Shown piece by piece: positions 27,000 through 39,781 of a stretch of 64,000 bases of DNA. Both the position numbers and the translations under genes were made by a program. The notes under the pieces were generated by a model that worked only from the letters and a program-made list of their open reading frames with translations, was not told the origin of the DNA and ran no database searches. Positions within the stretch are counted from its first letter, which is position 1. Every line of letters starts with the position of its first letter. This stretch comes from Azolla caroliniana (lineage: Eukaryota > Plantae > Polypodiophyta), in NCBI GenBank assembly GCA_043228905.1, contig JBHGNT010000016.1, positions 1,612,001 to 1,676,000 on the forward strand, read 5' to 3'.

Positions 27000-29900
27000 A
27001 TGGCGCTCTCTCTGTTCTTCTTCCTCCCCCTCCTCTGTTTCTCAGTCGGTACTTTTGCACATTATCTTTCGGAAACGAGAGAAACCCAACTCATCCGACA
27101 GATCTCTTGGCATAACCCAACTGTTAATTCTAGGCCACTGATCGGGATTCTGTCTCAACCTGGCGATGGCGATGGTGGGCTCATCATGAGGATGAAGGGA
27201 TGGAACCAATCCTCAGTCTCGTACATTCCGGCATCTTATGTTAAGTTCGTTGAAATGGGCGGAGCACGAGCCATCCCTCTTCTCTACAATGAACCTGAAC
27301 ATGTCCTGCGCCGGGTTCAATTCCTAATCTCACCCTCTCTCTCTAATTTCATTCTTTGATATATGTATGTATGTATGTGTATTTATGAATGTATGTGTGT
27401 ATGCTCATGTATATGCACATCTTTTGATATGTTTCTGTATGAATACATACAGATACATGCTTATACATATATACACACACGTACACACAGATAAATGCTC
27501 ATATATACATACATACACATACATTGACTTATTGCTTAAAGTTAAAACCCATGTTTGTCTATAATGAGCCTTTATTCGGCTTCTAATGAAGCCTAGAGTT
27601 TTTCAAAGGTTGCAAAACTGGAAAATTGAAGAAACACCCAAGGAACCCAGAAAGTGCCACTTTGGGAGGGCATGTGGTAAAACACCAATTGGACTACCAA
27701 TTTAGCTGAAATTTCACCACTGAAGAAATTTATATAAACCAAAGAAACATATCCTCCAGATTTTGGACCCACTACAGCTTCCAGGAAGCTAGAGAGCTCT
27801 TGAACAAGAAATTTGGCAGCATGTTAGCTGCAAAGATTAGCAAGGCTTTTGGTATTTCATTAATTATTGATTGGAAAGGATACATTAATATAGAGCCCAA
27901 ATAGTAAAAACACAGCCAAGGGTTTAGGCATATTTGAATGACTAAAAGCTGCATGTAGAGAGCTTTCCAGGATACTCTAAAATGAGCAAATCAACTCGGA
28001 GAACTTCAGAGTTTAAACATTCTAAAACTATTCTCCAGCAGCTCTAAAGCTGAAATTTGGGTTCTTTATCCAAATATGTTTTTTAAATAACACAAACCTA
28101 GCTGACTCATGCTGCAAGTGTCACATCTTCAAAAACATCTTAGTCTAGCTTGAGTTTCCAGTTTAAGATCCAGGATTTACCTCGACCTCTACTTCCCTTG
28201 GGAAAGGTTGGCATAGTTGACCTTCAGGACTTCATGCGCTTCAAAGAAGATGCAAACCTTTAACTCAATATGCCTCAAACAGAAAGATTGATCTCCGGTT
28301 GAGCAAACTAGCCAGCGGAAAGCACCTTGAAGAAATGCTAGTTGAGATCAAATCCATCCCCACAATAGGCTTCTAGATCAGATAGAGATATCGAATATGG
28401 AAATAGCTAAGGCCTGTGAACATGGCATATGTACCACCAACAGTTGCCTAATTATTGGGCTACCAACATCCCATAAATACACACACACATAGAGAAATAT
28501 ACTATTGATCTACAGTATTTGTTAATCTTATTATCCACAGACAATATTGGAATGTGTGCTTGTGTCCTGTATATAGCCACCAAAAATCCTTGTTATGTGA
28601 ATGATTCTTTAAATCATAAAGTTCATTGCAAACTTGGAGACATGCTTATTACAAATTAGTTTTTTTTTTTATCATCCAGAAATTTGCAGCAATTAATGGG
28701 ATCCTGTTTCCAGGAGGACATGCAAGCCTGAAAGATGGTCCATTTTATGATACGGCACAAAAGCTTTTTAAGGTTTGATATCATTTTGTTCACTAGAACA
28801 TGCACCATGTGTTTTTGTTACATGTGTAACATCTTATTCCTGCAGTAGAGACATTGTCTAGAGTAACTAAGTCATCTGTTTTGAAATATGTCATAATAAT
28901 CTTTGGCCAAAGATATGAAGAAGATTTGTTGAACAATATATAAATACATATACAGATGGCTTTAGACGAGAATGACAATGGAAATTATTTTCCGGTTTTT
29001 GGAACATGTTTGGGATTTGAATTGCTATGTGTCATTGTTAGCCAGGTATCGATATTGCCAATGTTTCTAATTATGCTGTATAAAATATACCTTGATGTGT
29101 GTGCTGAGTTTTGTATATAATGCTGCCAAATTTTAGGATCATAGTGTTCTGGAAAGATTCTCGGCACAGTCTCACCCTGCGCCTCTGTATTTCAAAGACG
29201 AATTGGTAAAACAGCAAAACATGTTCAAATGGCAAGGATAGCTAAACCTACTTGTCTTTGAATTGTTTTATGACATGTTGTCTTGTCTTTTTGCATATTC
29301 ATGCATATTCTCGTTTGCCTTTTGTTTTCTTTTTCTAAAAGTACATGCTCCCTTGTTCAAGGCATAAACTTGACCCTTGTTGGAAAATTATTCTTCTATG
29401 GTCTAGGTTTCCCCAAAAAATCATTGATAAAGTTGAAAAAGATAATCTTACAATGGAGAACCATCAGGTTTGTCTATAATATGAAGCTTCGTGAGTGTAT
29501 AGAAAAATACAAGAGTGGTTAATAACTATATCTGAAGTATCTTTTGACAGTATGGTATTTCGCCAGAAAACTTCACATCAAATTATGCGCTTTCCAGCTT
29601 CTTCCGAATCTTAACTACAAGCCCTGATAAACAGAACAAGGTATTGAAATTGACTTTTAAAAATAAAAGTGATGGTTTCTTGATTTTGTACGATCAGCCA
29701 CTTTGGCGTGCTTCATGTGGATCTATTCTGTAAGATTATTGCAGTACTAGACTGGGCTCTATGCATGGTTCAAAATTTCATCCCTGCAGGCTGAAAGATG
29801 AAGTTACCGTCAGATTTCTCGGGGACTGAAATGTGTTTTCACTTGTTAAAAGGTTAATGTTAGGGTTAAGGATAGGACAGGTTTTAGGGTTAGGAAATAG

Positions 29901-30696
29901 TTAGAGTTTTGGTTTTAGGGCTGATTGCCGACTATGCCAACCAAGGGTATTGAACTCCCCAACGAGTGATATTCTTTTCATTAAATAGTAAAATGGATTT
30001 ATACATAGTTATGATGACATTGAGAATTATGTGTAGATATACGTATCAACCGTCGAAGGGCGCAAATATCCTGTTACAGGTGTTCAGTGGCATCCAGAAG
30101 TAGGTATTTTCTCGAGAGCAAGGATTAGTTTAACTTTGAAAATTTCTCCCTCCCCAACTTAGATTTTATCAAATGGGTTACAGAAGAATGCCTTTGAATG
30201 GGGGGTGTCAAGCATTCCTCATTCCGCTGAAGCAATCCAGTTGAGCCAAAGTGTTGCGAATTTCTTTGTAAGGTATGTGTGTAATGAATGTGGTTATGGA
30301 TTCAATATGGTTGGCATCATGAAGTAAAAGGATTAGCACGAAATTATTACAAAAACATATAGAAGGTTTCGATATTGTGATTACGAAACAGAAATGACTG
30401 GCAATATAGCCTTAAATATTTATCTAATGATATGTGTGATTGACTAATCCCAGCGAAGCAAGGAAGTCTCATCATAATCCAAGTGGAAATGACGAGGAGG
30501 ATTTTCTCATTTACAATCACAGTCCTTTCTACACAGGAAAAGATGGGTATATGTTTGTTATGCATTCCATTGTACCTCATCATATAAGAGTTTGCGAAAT
30601 AGTTTCTTCTCATTTGTTTCTTCGGTGTTTTTTTTATCTTTTCCTTTCAACAGGGCAGGTAACTTTGATCAATTGTATGTCTTTTCACAACCCTAA
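27000..30696 (+). CDS. GGH: Gamma-glutamyl hydrolase (folylpolyglutamate hydrolase, peptidase C26), 10 exons
   Basis: Exons 27000-27314, 28680-28772, 28956-29045, 29137-29231, 29407-29467, 29551-29640, 30037-30099, 30184-30272, 30454-30546, 30654-30696 (343 aa). Signal peptide, [38 protein letters not shown], catalytic GTCLGFE and QWHPEKNAFEW. Intron 4 is GC-AG. Confidence 0.93.
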
Positions 30697-32162
30697 GTCC
30701 CCAATGGAGACCTATTCTTCGTTGTATAATAATTTATTCACCATTGACTAAATTTATAAGGTTCAAAAAATTGATTGTAAACTCATCATTGGATAAAATA
30801 TTATAGCATTGAAAAAGGTGAAGTTTGATACCCTGGTGAAATCAGAACTGCGGTAAAGTTTTTGGGTTTCTGGTCAGTGTCCCAATAGTATGGTTTGTCT
30901 GATAAGTCAGCAAACTTATAACATCGAAAGTAAAAGATGAGAAAAAAAAAAGTATTCAGTTCCTCACATATGAGATTTGTTCAGAACATAGCTATTAAAT
31001 CACTAGGAATATATTGAAGCGTGTAAAGCTGTTCATGGTGTCAAGTTTCTATCCCCTTACGTTAAATTAAAAATTGTGCAGCTATTCTACATCCTCCATC
31101 ATATAATGTTTCTCTTCTCGCAGATCAGGGATTAACTATCTGTGTGAATCTTTTGTACGTGCTTGTGTTTACCTCCAACATTGCAATGCCACAGCAAAAA
31201 TACACTTCAACGTGCACCTTTGATTTGTATCATAATCACAGGAATACCATCTTTGTAATTTCCAACTAAAGTTAGATGTAGAAAATCTTCAACTTGTTAC
31301 ATGTCTTAGAAGGATAGGGGTCACCTAGTGATGTAGAAATAAGCAAATAATTTTCACCTTGTTTTTCCACTTTCTGTTGTGATTGGTTTTGCAACAAAAA
31401 CATGGCTGGGATACATTCGTTCCAAGCAAGACAAATGGCAAAGCATATGATACGTTGTTTCATGGTACATAAATGTCAGCTAAATACGTTTATCCTTGAA
31501 AGGTAGTCACCGTGTAGTTGTAAGTTGCTAGATGTATGTAGGTATTTACTGTAAGGCTAAAAGGTTTATGAAGGTTTTAATGGGTACAGCTAGATTCAGT
31601 GTTTGCATGATTGAGAACTCATAGTTAGACAAGGTGATGCAATGATCAATGAGTTTTATTCTAAGTATTAGTTCACTCAAATCTGTGCTCTAATGGGTGC
31701 TCCATTTATAGATGTCAAAATATGGAACTAAGAGAGATAAAAAGCAAAGCCTCAAGCCCTAAAGTATTAGTTCAAGCCTCTACATAGCAATGGGCACAGT
31801 TTCGGCTCAAACTGAACCAAACCATTAAGCCTATGTATTATTATTTATTATTGGGTAAATGGGATTCCATATGTGGATCGGGGAGCGAGAAGATAAAAGA
31901 CTAGAAAGCAAGAAGAAGCAGAAGGCGAAAAATCGAAATGCATTTTTACTTCTCATACAAACATATTATATGTACATACCATCCGGCGCGTACGGATTAG
32001 GCCACTTGGGCTCCGTAGGCCTATGTATCCCTTACAACGGGAACGAAACAAGCTCTCTCAAGCAATCTCCACGGACAGACAGCCTTCTAAACCTCTCTCT
32101 CTCTCTCTCTCTTCAAAGACGGAGACAACACTTAACACTTAAGAAGATGTAATCTCTTATTT

Positions 32163-32222
32163 GGTCTTACAGGCCATTTTGGCCTCTTAAAAGACGTTAA
32201 TATATATATCTTTCTTTCTCTC
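32163..32222 (+). repeat. Dispersed ~55-bp repeat with TC-rich tail, copy B
   Basis: ggtcttacaggccattttggcctcttaaaagacgttaatatatatatctttctttctc. Confidence 0.6.
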
Positions 32223-32307
32223 AACCTCAGACTCTTTCTCTACTTCTTCCCTGAATCCCCTCCCTCTTTCTCCCTAAACCTCTTCTCTCTCAATCCTGCT
32301 CTCAAGC

Positions 32308-32308
<1 letters not shown>

Positions 32309-32359
<51 letters not shown>
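32309..32359. repeat. (TATC)n microsatellite
   Basis: Direct reading. Confidence 0.95.
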
Positions 32360-33436
32360 GTATCATCATGAACCCGAAGACGAAGACGATGACCGCAAAC
32401 CTCTACTTATCCTGTGCGTTAGAACATTGTATCTTCACTTTTCAAACATTTGTAAATACTCCTCACACTCGGAGCAATATCTCCTTTTTTGAATATATGA
32501 AAAACTTGAGGAAACAAACTTGAGCTCTGTTTGATGATGTGTGTATATGTGTGTCTCTTGTTGAGTATGGTGATCATTTTAGAATATAGCAGCACGTTGT
32601 CTTTTTATCTTTTCTTCACAAATGCAATAAATTTCTAGTCTTCGAGGTCCCCTTTTCATATGTTATGCAAGGGTTTTGGGAGGTATTCATGTGCATCAAT
32701 TAATTAAGAAGAATGTTACAAAAGAGAACCGGAAATCTTTTTAGTTTTGAGGACGATAACTGTTTAAGAGAAAGATTATTATTTAATATCATGAGTACAT
32801 CAATTGTATGTGGAAATCACTCTGTGGTAAAGATTCAAAACAGGAAAGGCATTGATCCATCCTGCTCAAATAAGACCATATCAATGTTGAATGTACTACA
32901 AGCTTATAATACTCATATGTATTTGGAGTTTGGTATACATGTCTTTGCAGTGCATGAGTAGGCAATTTCATTGGGCTGTAAATGCTCATTTTGCATTTGG
33001 TGAAACAACTCAAGCACATTCTTGCTCTGCCCCAGCACATTGTGCTACCTACAGGAGTTATCACTAGGCTTCTTTACATTGTAGAAAGTTATGGAAACCT
33101 CTAACTAAAGTGCCCCTTGGACATTAAATCCGAGTCTTTCTTTCCATGGCTATTATATAGAAGAATAATATACAAACCAACACCATGTCACCAACCAAAT
33201 GCACTTGTTGGACTTCAGCATAGCAATGCACCAACCAACCTTGGATACGATGTCCAAATCACCCTATTCAACCCATACATATTAGTTATATGCTTCATGC
33301 TTGTAAAACATCTCCAAAACTCGTTGCACCACATGCATTAAGGTCATGATCTAGGAACTTTAGAAAACCTAAAAGCTTTTGTTTTTTGCAGAGGTATATG
33401 GATAGCAAGAATCCAACCATGTTTGCAATCACAATT

Positions 33437-33499
33437 TGTCTCATGGGTCAATTCCGGCCTCTAGTAGACATGAATATATCGATCTTTCTTGTCTCTCTC
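33437..33499 (+). repeat. Dispersed ~55-bp repeat with TC-rich tail, copy C
   Basis: tgtctcatgggtcaattccggcctctagtagacatgaatatatc. Confidence 0.6.
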
Positions 33500-33583
33500 A
33501 ATAGCCATAACCTTGCTAAGATGCTTGTCATAACTTACCTATGATTCTTGCGAAGACTCGAGGGGATTAGTGTTCTATCGCAT

Positions 33584-33712
33584 GTTGGATTGAACATGAG
33601 GATTCAAGGGTGACTAGAGAAAATGTTACTATCAAGCTCTGGGGTCTTGGAGATCAACCTCGTTTCCAAAGCACGTGGGTAAGATATTGTCGGGGGTGTA
33701 TCGGCTATTGTG
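33584..33712 (+). pseudogene. ARL8: ARL8 (ADP-ribosylation factor-like 8) single-exon pseudogene fragment
   Basis: Translates as VGLNMR / [29 protein letters not shown] / VSAIV with two frameshifts, against the ARL8 consensus [41 protein letters not shown]. The G3 motif WDLGGQ is mutated. Confidence 0.85.
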
Positions 33713-33839
33713 TTAAGTAGTGCACTATGAAGTTCAATAGAATCATCGTATTGTTATATAATGTCACTAAATATAAGAGTGTCCTAAGTTAGTGTCCTTG
33801 ATATATGTACATTATTCTGATAACCCTTTACTTTTTACA

Positions 33840-34012
33840 TTTCTTTCCTTTTTTCTCCAAAAAACATAAGCTAATTCGATTAGTTATAAAATTTTTAAGC
33901 TGGTAATGTTTATATACAAATCTCATGTAAGGGACTTGATTAAACAAATTTTTAAGCTGGTAATGTTTATATACAAATCTCATGTAAGGGACTTGATAGT
34001 TCCAATCTTATG
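33840..34012 (-). mobile_element. Short LINE 3'-end fragment with internal 52-bp tandem duplication
   Basis: Matches 44941-45060 (T-rich tail, ccaaaaaa, attagttataaaatttt, tatatacaaatc..tgta.gggac.tgatag.tcca.tcttatg). Duplicated at 33889-33940 and 33946-33997. Confidence 0.7.
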
Positions 34013-35205
34013 GTATTTATTTATTTATTCTTTATATTCTGAGTTTAATCAATTTAATTTCTTTACATATTTTAATGTACACATTGGTTTGTCTGTGTTT
34101 CATAGACTCTAGTCTAGGAGATCAAATCAAGCGATTGATTGGAATTCGAAAACTTGTGTCTCAAAATTTTTGCCGCTCCCTTCTGTTTTGTTTCTTCTGT
34201 GTGTACATTTGACCCTCGATTCATTTCGGTATTTATTTCAAATTCTTTACTTTCTCCGAATCATTCAACACAAAATGCTAATTCGCAAAGCATTTAATTT
34301 ATCCTGTGTCTTATATATATCACAGAGTATTTTACCCTTAATTAATAATGAAGTGCTCTGTTATATATTGACATTAATCTTGTGCTAATTGAATTATAAA
34401 ATGAACGTTAGCATGCTTAATCCATGTAGTCAGTGTGATCAGGATCTGAGTAAGATTAATTAGTCCTATTTAGTACATTCATGTTGGCTACATGTTAAAA
34501 TGAATGCCCAGGATTAAGCTAATCAGAATGCATGTAGTTACCCGCCAATTAGTTGAATCTCATCCATTAATTATGGTTATGTGACACGGTTATAGTGAAA
34601 ATCATCAACCCCATGGAATTGGGAAGTCGATTAAGGATCAAATGCACGTTATTAAGACCTAATTACGAGTAATTAATCGAATCTCAGCAGAGAATATAAG
34701 CAATGGTTTATAAAGAAAATATTTGTAAAACGGATGTATACAATAATAATCAATCCCATGATACAAACAGCACCAGTTTAGAGAATCAATGTCATTGAGC
34801 ATATCAAAATAAGCAGCTCTGACCATGATTAAGATAAGACAATCGCAATTAGGGAAACCCGTGATAGTGATTATGGAGTGCCTCACTATCATTAAGCATG
34901 CTGCGAAAAATCATTTAGAAGTTTGTGGCCATGATGATCACTAATTAAGCATGTTATTGAGAGTCATTCAACAATTATTCCGCTGGCAGGCCAGATCAAT
35001 GAGGACATGGATCAAGCACCTAACACTATCATTGTGCATGCTAATGATCATTGAAACTAGGATGTTAAGGATGATCAAGCACCTTTAATGGCCATGTCTT
35101 GATTACATTTGACCAGATTTAAAGGACTGATTAGTGACCTTTCACCATAGTTAAGGATGCTGATTAATGAAGATCATGTACATCCCTGTTTAGTCATGCA
35201 CTGAA

Positions 35206-37296
35206 TCATCTTGACGATGGCGACGATTGATTAAACACCTCCGACCAGACCTCGGTGAAGGCTTCGAAGATTAGGCCATGGAATGTGTCGGGGTTAAGGG
35301 CGAGGTAGCACTGCAAAAGCTCGACCATGTCTCGGGCAGAGTAACTGTAGCCTCCGGTAATGTTCTTCCGAGCCGACGAGCCGACCATATCCAGCATTGA
35401 TTCCTTGAAATCCCGCGCGGGGTCATCGCTGAGCTTCACGACCGCAACACTGTCGGACACCCGGCATGAAGGCCGGACATTATGAAGATGATGATCATCA
35501 TAACAATAATAATTTGTGGGCAGAATCTCGGTCCCAGGATCCATGTCCTCGCTCTCGCTTAATGCTTCTTCTTCTTCTTCTTCTTCGTCCGATCCGGCTC
35601 CATACTGTCTCGGGCCACGGCATGGCTCTCGAACCCGACAACCAACTGAACTGGATCTCGGGCCGGACAATCTCGCCATGCCTCTCGAATAATGTATGTG
35701 CCCGGCGGCCCCGAGAAGCCTTTCCTTGCATCGGATGTATGTGCTGCTCGACACATCACTATCTTTCCTCACAGAAACTCGGGCCTGCCTTCGCCTTAAT
35801 TCATCGAATCCATGATCATCCTTCGTGCCATAGAAATCATGGCTATGATTAGTCGACAGATATGGATCGCCATGATGGACATTCATATCGGCATCATCAT
35901 CATCATCATCATCATCATGACCATGGCCACCACTGACATTAATGGATCCATTATTATAATATAGCAGATCATTATTGCCAATTTTAGGCCTGGCTGGAAG
36001 AATGAATGCCCTACTGATTCCATCATCACCTTCTTGATGACCCATCTCAGACTCCCTTCTGCTCATGATTCCATCCCATAGGATAGGGCTATTATGTGTA
36101 TAATTAGTGCTACTACTACCACTACTACTAGCCATAGTAGCATTGAGATAATTTACCTGCTCAGATATCCGATCATCATTAGCATTCGGTTGCTTACTCC
36201 TACAAATCTTGATGTCATGAGCTAATACTAACTCCCTCAATATTGCAGATCTAATTGAGTTGTGATCACATATCGCATTGCCACTACAGTTGTTATCCGC
36301 ACTAATGTTGTTGTAATTATGAATGTTAAACCGATGGAGATCAACACCATCTTCTCCATGATCGTTGGAGGAAATGCTCGGCTGATTGCTGGAGATATTC
36401 GAGATCTCTGAAACGCCATGGTAATCCAAGGTTGTTGCAATCGAAGCACATGCCGAAGCTGGATCAAAGATTGTATCCGAATTCGTTGAGGTCGATATGG
36501 TCGAAACAGAATTATCCCTTGATTGAATATCATTCCCAAGATGCAATAGATCGCCATTGAATCGACTAAAATTAGTAGTTTTAGAGTCCATTGAATGCCT
36601 TCTTGCCATACCGGCATAATATTGATCATCACCTGCTGCAGTAGAATTGATGAGATTATGCGGAGTAGGGGGTGTGTCGGATAAAATAGGGCTATTATCA
36701 CCATTAGCACATAATTTAGCATAGTATTTCCGTCTGCCTAATGGCTCTGGGTGCTCATTAATAAGTGCTTTTAATCTCCTCTCTAATTCTCTCACATCAA
36801 ATCCATCCTTCCTATTCTGCTTATCATTCATGTCATCCTCCTCTGATCTAGGCTCCGCATGGGGCCAGGATCCATGAATCTTCAAATTACTATCATCGTA
36901 ATATTCATCATCATCTATCAACTGATTAAACACACAATCATCATGATTAGTAGGATGATGGTATGACGAATGATCCGTATAACTAGTAGTAGCGTTATTA
37001 CATTCTATATTTATGATATTGTTGCGGTTCATATGATCCTTTGGAGAAATACAAATAGGACTGTTGAGAATGGATTGATTAGGGCTAATCAGTGCTATGT
37101 TAGAGCTAGTTACTGACAGTTTTGGGCTAGTTATTAGGGTTTGTGAAAGAAATGGGAGATCCATGGTTTTGTGATTAGCACCATCACGGTTGTAATTAGG
37201 ATCCAATTTCTTATTATCCTCTTGTTTATGATGATGAGTAATAGCCTTAGGATTACTAGAGAACCAGTGAGAAAGCTTGAAATGGATTCTCCCCAT
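35206..37296 (-). CDS. OFP: OVATE family protein (OFP) transcriptional repressor, single exon, 696 aa
   Basis: C-terminal OVATE domain SVAVVKLSDDPARDFKESMLDMV...DMVELLQCYLALNPDTFHGLIFEAFTEVW. N-terminus MGRIHFKLSHWF resembles the OFP1-type start. Uninterrupted 2091-bp ORF. Confidence 0.92.
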   Translation of the reverse strand: MGRIHFKLSHWFSSNPKAITHHHKQEDNKKLDPNYNRDGANHKTMDLPFLSQTLITSPKLSVTSSNIALISPNQSILNSPICISPKDHMNRNNIINIECNNATTSYTDHSSYHHPTNHDDCVFNQLIDDDEYYDDSNLKIHGSWPHAEPRSEEDDMNDKQNRKDGFDVRELERRLKALINEHPEPLGRRKYYAKLCANGDNSPILSDTPPTPHNLINSTAAGDDQYYAGMARRHSMDSKTTNFSRFNGDLLHLGNDIQSRDNSVSTISTSTNSDTIFDPASACASIATTLDYHGVSEISNISSNQPSISSNDHGEDGVDLHRFNIHNYNNISADNNCSGNAICDHNSIRSAILRELVLAHDIKICRSKQPNANDDRISEQVNYLNATMASSSGSSSTNYTHNSPILWDGIMSRRESEMGHQEGDDGISRAFILPARPKIGNNDLLYYNNGSINVSGGHGHDDDDDDDDADMNVHHGDPYLSTNHSHDFYGTKDDHGFDELRRRQARVSVRKDSDVSSSTYIRCKERLLGAAGHIHYSRGMARLSGPRSSSVGCRVREPCRGPRQYGAGSDEEEEEEEALSESEDMDPGTEILPTNYYCYDDHHLHNVRPSCRVSDSVAVVKLSDDPARDFKESMLDMVGSSARKNITGGYSYSARDMVELLQCYLALNPDTFHGLIFEAFTEVWSEVFNQSSPSSR

Positions 37297-37956
37297 GTCC
37301 TACTAATATGTAGTTGATTAACTTAATTACTCTACTCAAAGTTTCAGAAACATTAGATTAGAAAAAATTGTATCAGAAAAACCAAATTGCATACCCTCAT
37401 ACTTTCACATACATAATGTAGGCAAAAGACTGAAAGATCTGATTAACTGTGGCAGCTTATAATTAGGAAATGATTAATATATGTGTGTGGGCATTGAATG
37501 CAGATACCAGACAGGCAGGCAGACAGACACAGGACTCAGGAGGAGGGATTAGCATCCTCCATTGAATGCAGGATTAGGGTTTAGGGCAAATGCATTTGAG
37601 TATTAATTATTATGAGATGGTGATGATTGGGCCCCTCTTTCACCCCCAAATTCATTGATTAAGATAAATCAGGCTAGGTATGAAATTTGAATGAAGACAA
37701 GGATGTGATTTGAAGGGAGGCCCTAGATTTGGAATTAGTAGCTAAATAATTACATAAAAGAATCATAGGGAGGGATGCATTCTGAGGCTCTCAAATCAAA
37801 AGGAATGGGGGGGGGGAGAGAGAGAGAGAGATGGAATAGCAAAAGTGAGTAATTAATAAAACAGTATATATAACCTTTGAGTAGTGGGATGTGTGTGTGC
37901 ACTATGAATAAATGTGAAAATGACAGAAATGATTGATGTGGCAGAGAGACAGAGAC

Positions 37957-37960
<4 letters not shown>

Positions 37961-37998
<38 letters not shown>
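37961..37998. repeat. (AG)n microsatellite upstream of OFP
   Basis: Direct reading. Confidence 0.9.
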
Positions 37999-38006
<8 letters not shown>

Positions 38007-39664
38007 ATAATAGGTTAAATTAGATATATATTTGATGTATGTATGTATATAAGTAATGGTAGTGGTAGCTAAGTAGTAGTAGTAGTAGAAGAAGAAGTAG
38101 TAGTAGTAGAGTAGTAATGGATCTCCACACCTTCCTTTTGTCTCTCTAATTTGGTGGGTTGTCCTCTTATCTCTACATTTCTCATCATTGTTGTCTTGGA
38201 CCCCATCATTAGTGGGTCAAACCTCCAAGATCCCTAGGGAAAACCCCCCCCATCTTTCCTCGTGGCGAAAACATACCAATCCACCCGACGAGTCTACCCC
38301 CTTGTGAGAGATCGCATCACATCAGATGCTCGCACACACCACACGTAATTGCTTCCACCACCAGTTGTATCTCAGACGTGATCCGATTATAATAGAACTG
38401 GAGAGTCAATTAAATGTATTTGACATGTTTGTTCGAATTCGGACCGGTTTGTTCCAATGCATGTCTACCATTAGAACAACAACCCTTACTAAGTTTTATG
38501 TAACTATGTGATTGTGACAAAAGGCTCCTAGGATTGTTCTCGAACACCCATCAATATCCAATACAGGATCCTTCCTATTGCATATCGACTCCCCCCTCTC
38601 TATATCTATCACATTTACGTCTACGTTCTTGCATACATAAAGTCTAGTTTTAGGACCAACCACAATATATTGTGTCGTGACAAATGAGCAACTAAGAATT
38701 TAATATACATTCTTAGTAATATTACGTCTAGTGTGGTCAAGGACCATGACAATATGACTTTGATAAACTAAGTTGTTTAGTGGTCAAGAGTTACCTTGAG
38801 GAATGAAACAAGGGATCACTAAAGATGGGAGAGGGGTTAGAGCTTAGCACTCATTGTATGTTTGCAAAGGAGGCAATGATTAAGTATGGAAGTTGGGAAT
38901 AGCTTGGGCACATGCATGTATTTGTTTATGTCTTCATATTGTACATGGCTATGGATATGGATATGGCTATGGAAATGGAGATACTATAGCTAGAGCCTTT
39001 AGTAGGACTGATTGCCTCCGGTGAAAAATATTGTGTCTCTTCATGAATCATATCATGTGGCTCTAGCCTAGGACAAGGCTTAGGATAATGGTTATCACAC
39101 ATATAAGTTCAGCCATAACCATACTAATTATGGATGAAGGTTATCTATTCCACTTGGATCTGATTTGATAACATTAAAAGGATTCCTTTATTGGGCCAAT
39201 GAAGTGCCTTTGTGATCTTAGCTAAATTTTTTATTCACAAGTGGCACTTATATGGTTCCCAAAAAATATGTTGCACTAGCTAAGAACTTTTAGTTACTTT
39301 TTCGCCAATACAATTAGGAAGGCCTGAAAAATGCAAGGACGATATAGTATTTGTTTGTATAATCCAAGGTTTAAATGTCTATTCATTACTTACTACAATT
39401 AGGACGGGAAGGCTTGTAAGGATTTGTTCGTGTCGAGTGCTAAAAAGAAGTTGCCCTTTCATAATATGATATCTATTCTAGGTTGGTTATGGAACCCACT
39501 TAGGCTGGTTTGGGAATCTACAACTAAGAGACTTGCGACTTGTTGAAAAACGTGTAACTTCAAAGTCTATATAGTGGGACCTTGATACAAGCTATCATCT
39601 ATCTTTTTCCTTGGTTTCTTAGGGAATATATATCTCCATATTTCATCCTCACTTTATAGAGAAT

Positions 39665-39781
39665 GAATATTAGGTAAAAGGGAACATAGAATATTGAATT
39701 AGGGAACATAGAATATTAGGTATAAGAGAACATAGAATATTGTAATAGGGAAGATACAATATTAGAGTAGGAACATAAAAT
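39665..39781. repeat. Degenerate ~21-24-bp tandem repeat (gaacatagaatatt core, ~5 copies)
   Basis: Direct reading. Confidence 0.8.

Noticed and set aside
35466-35852. Antisense and alternate-frame ORFs within OFP (likewise 62008-62436 in GT29 and 26-402 in the QWRF gene)
   Set aside because: Shadow ORFs of real coding sequence and trinucleotide repeats.
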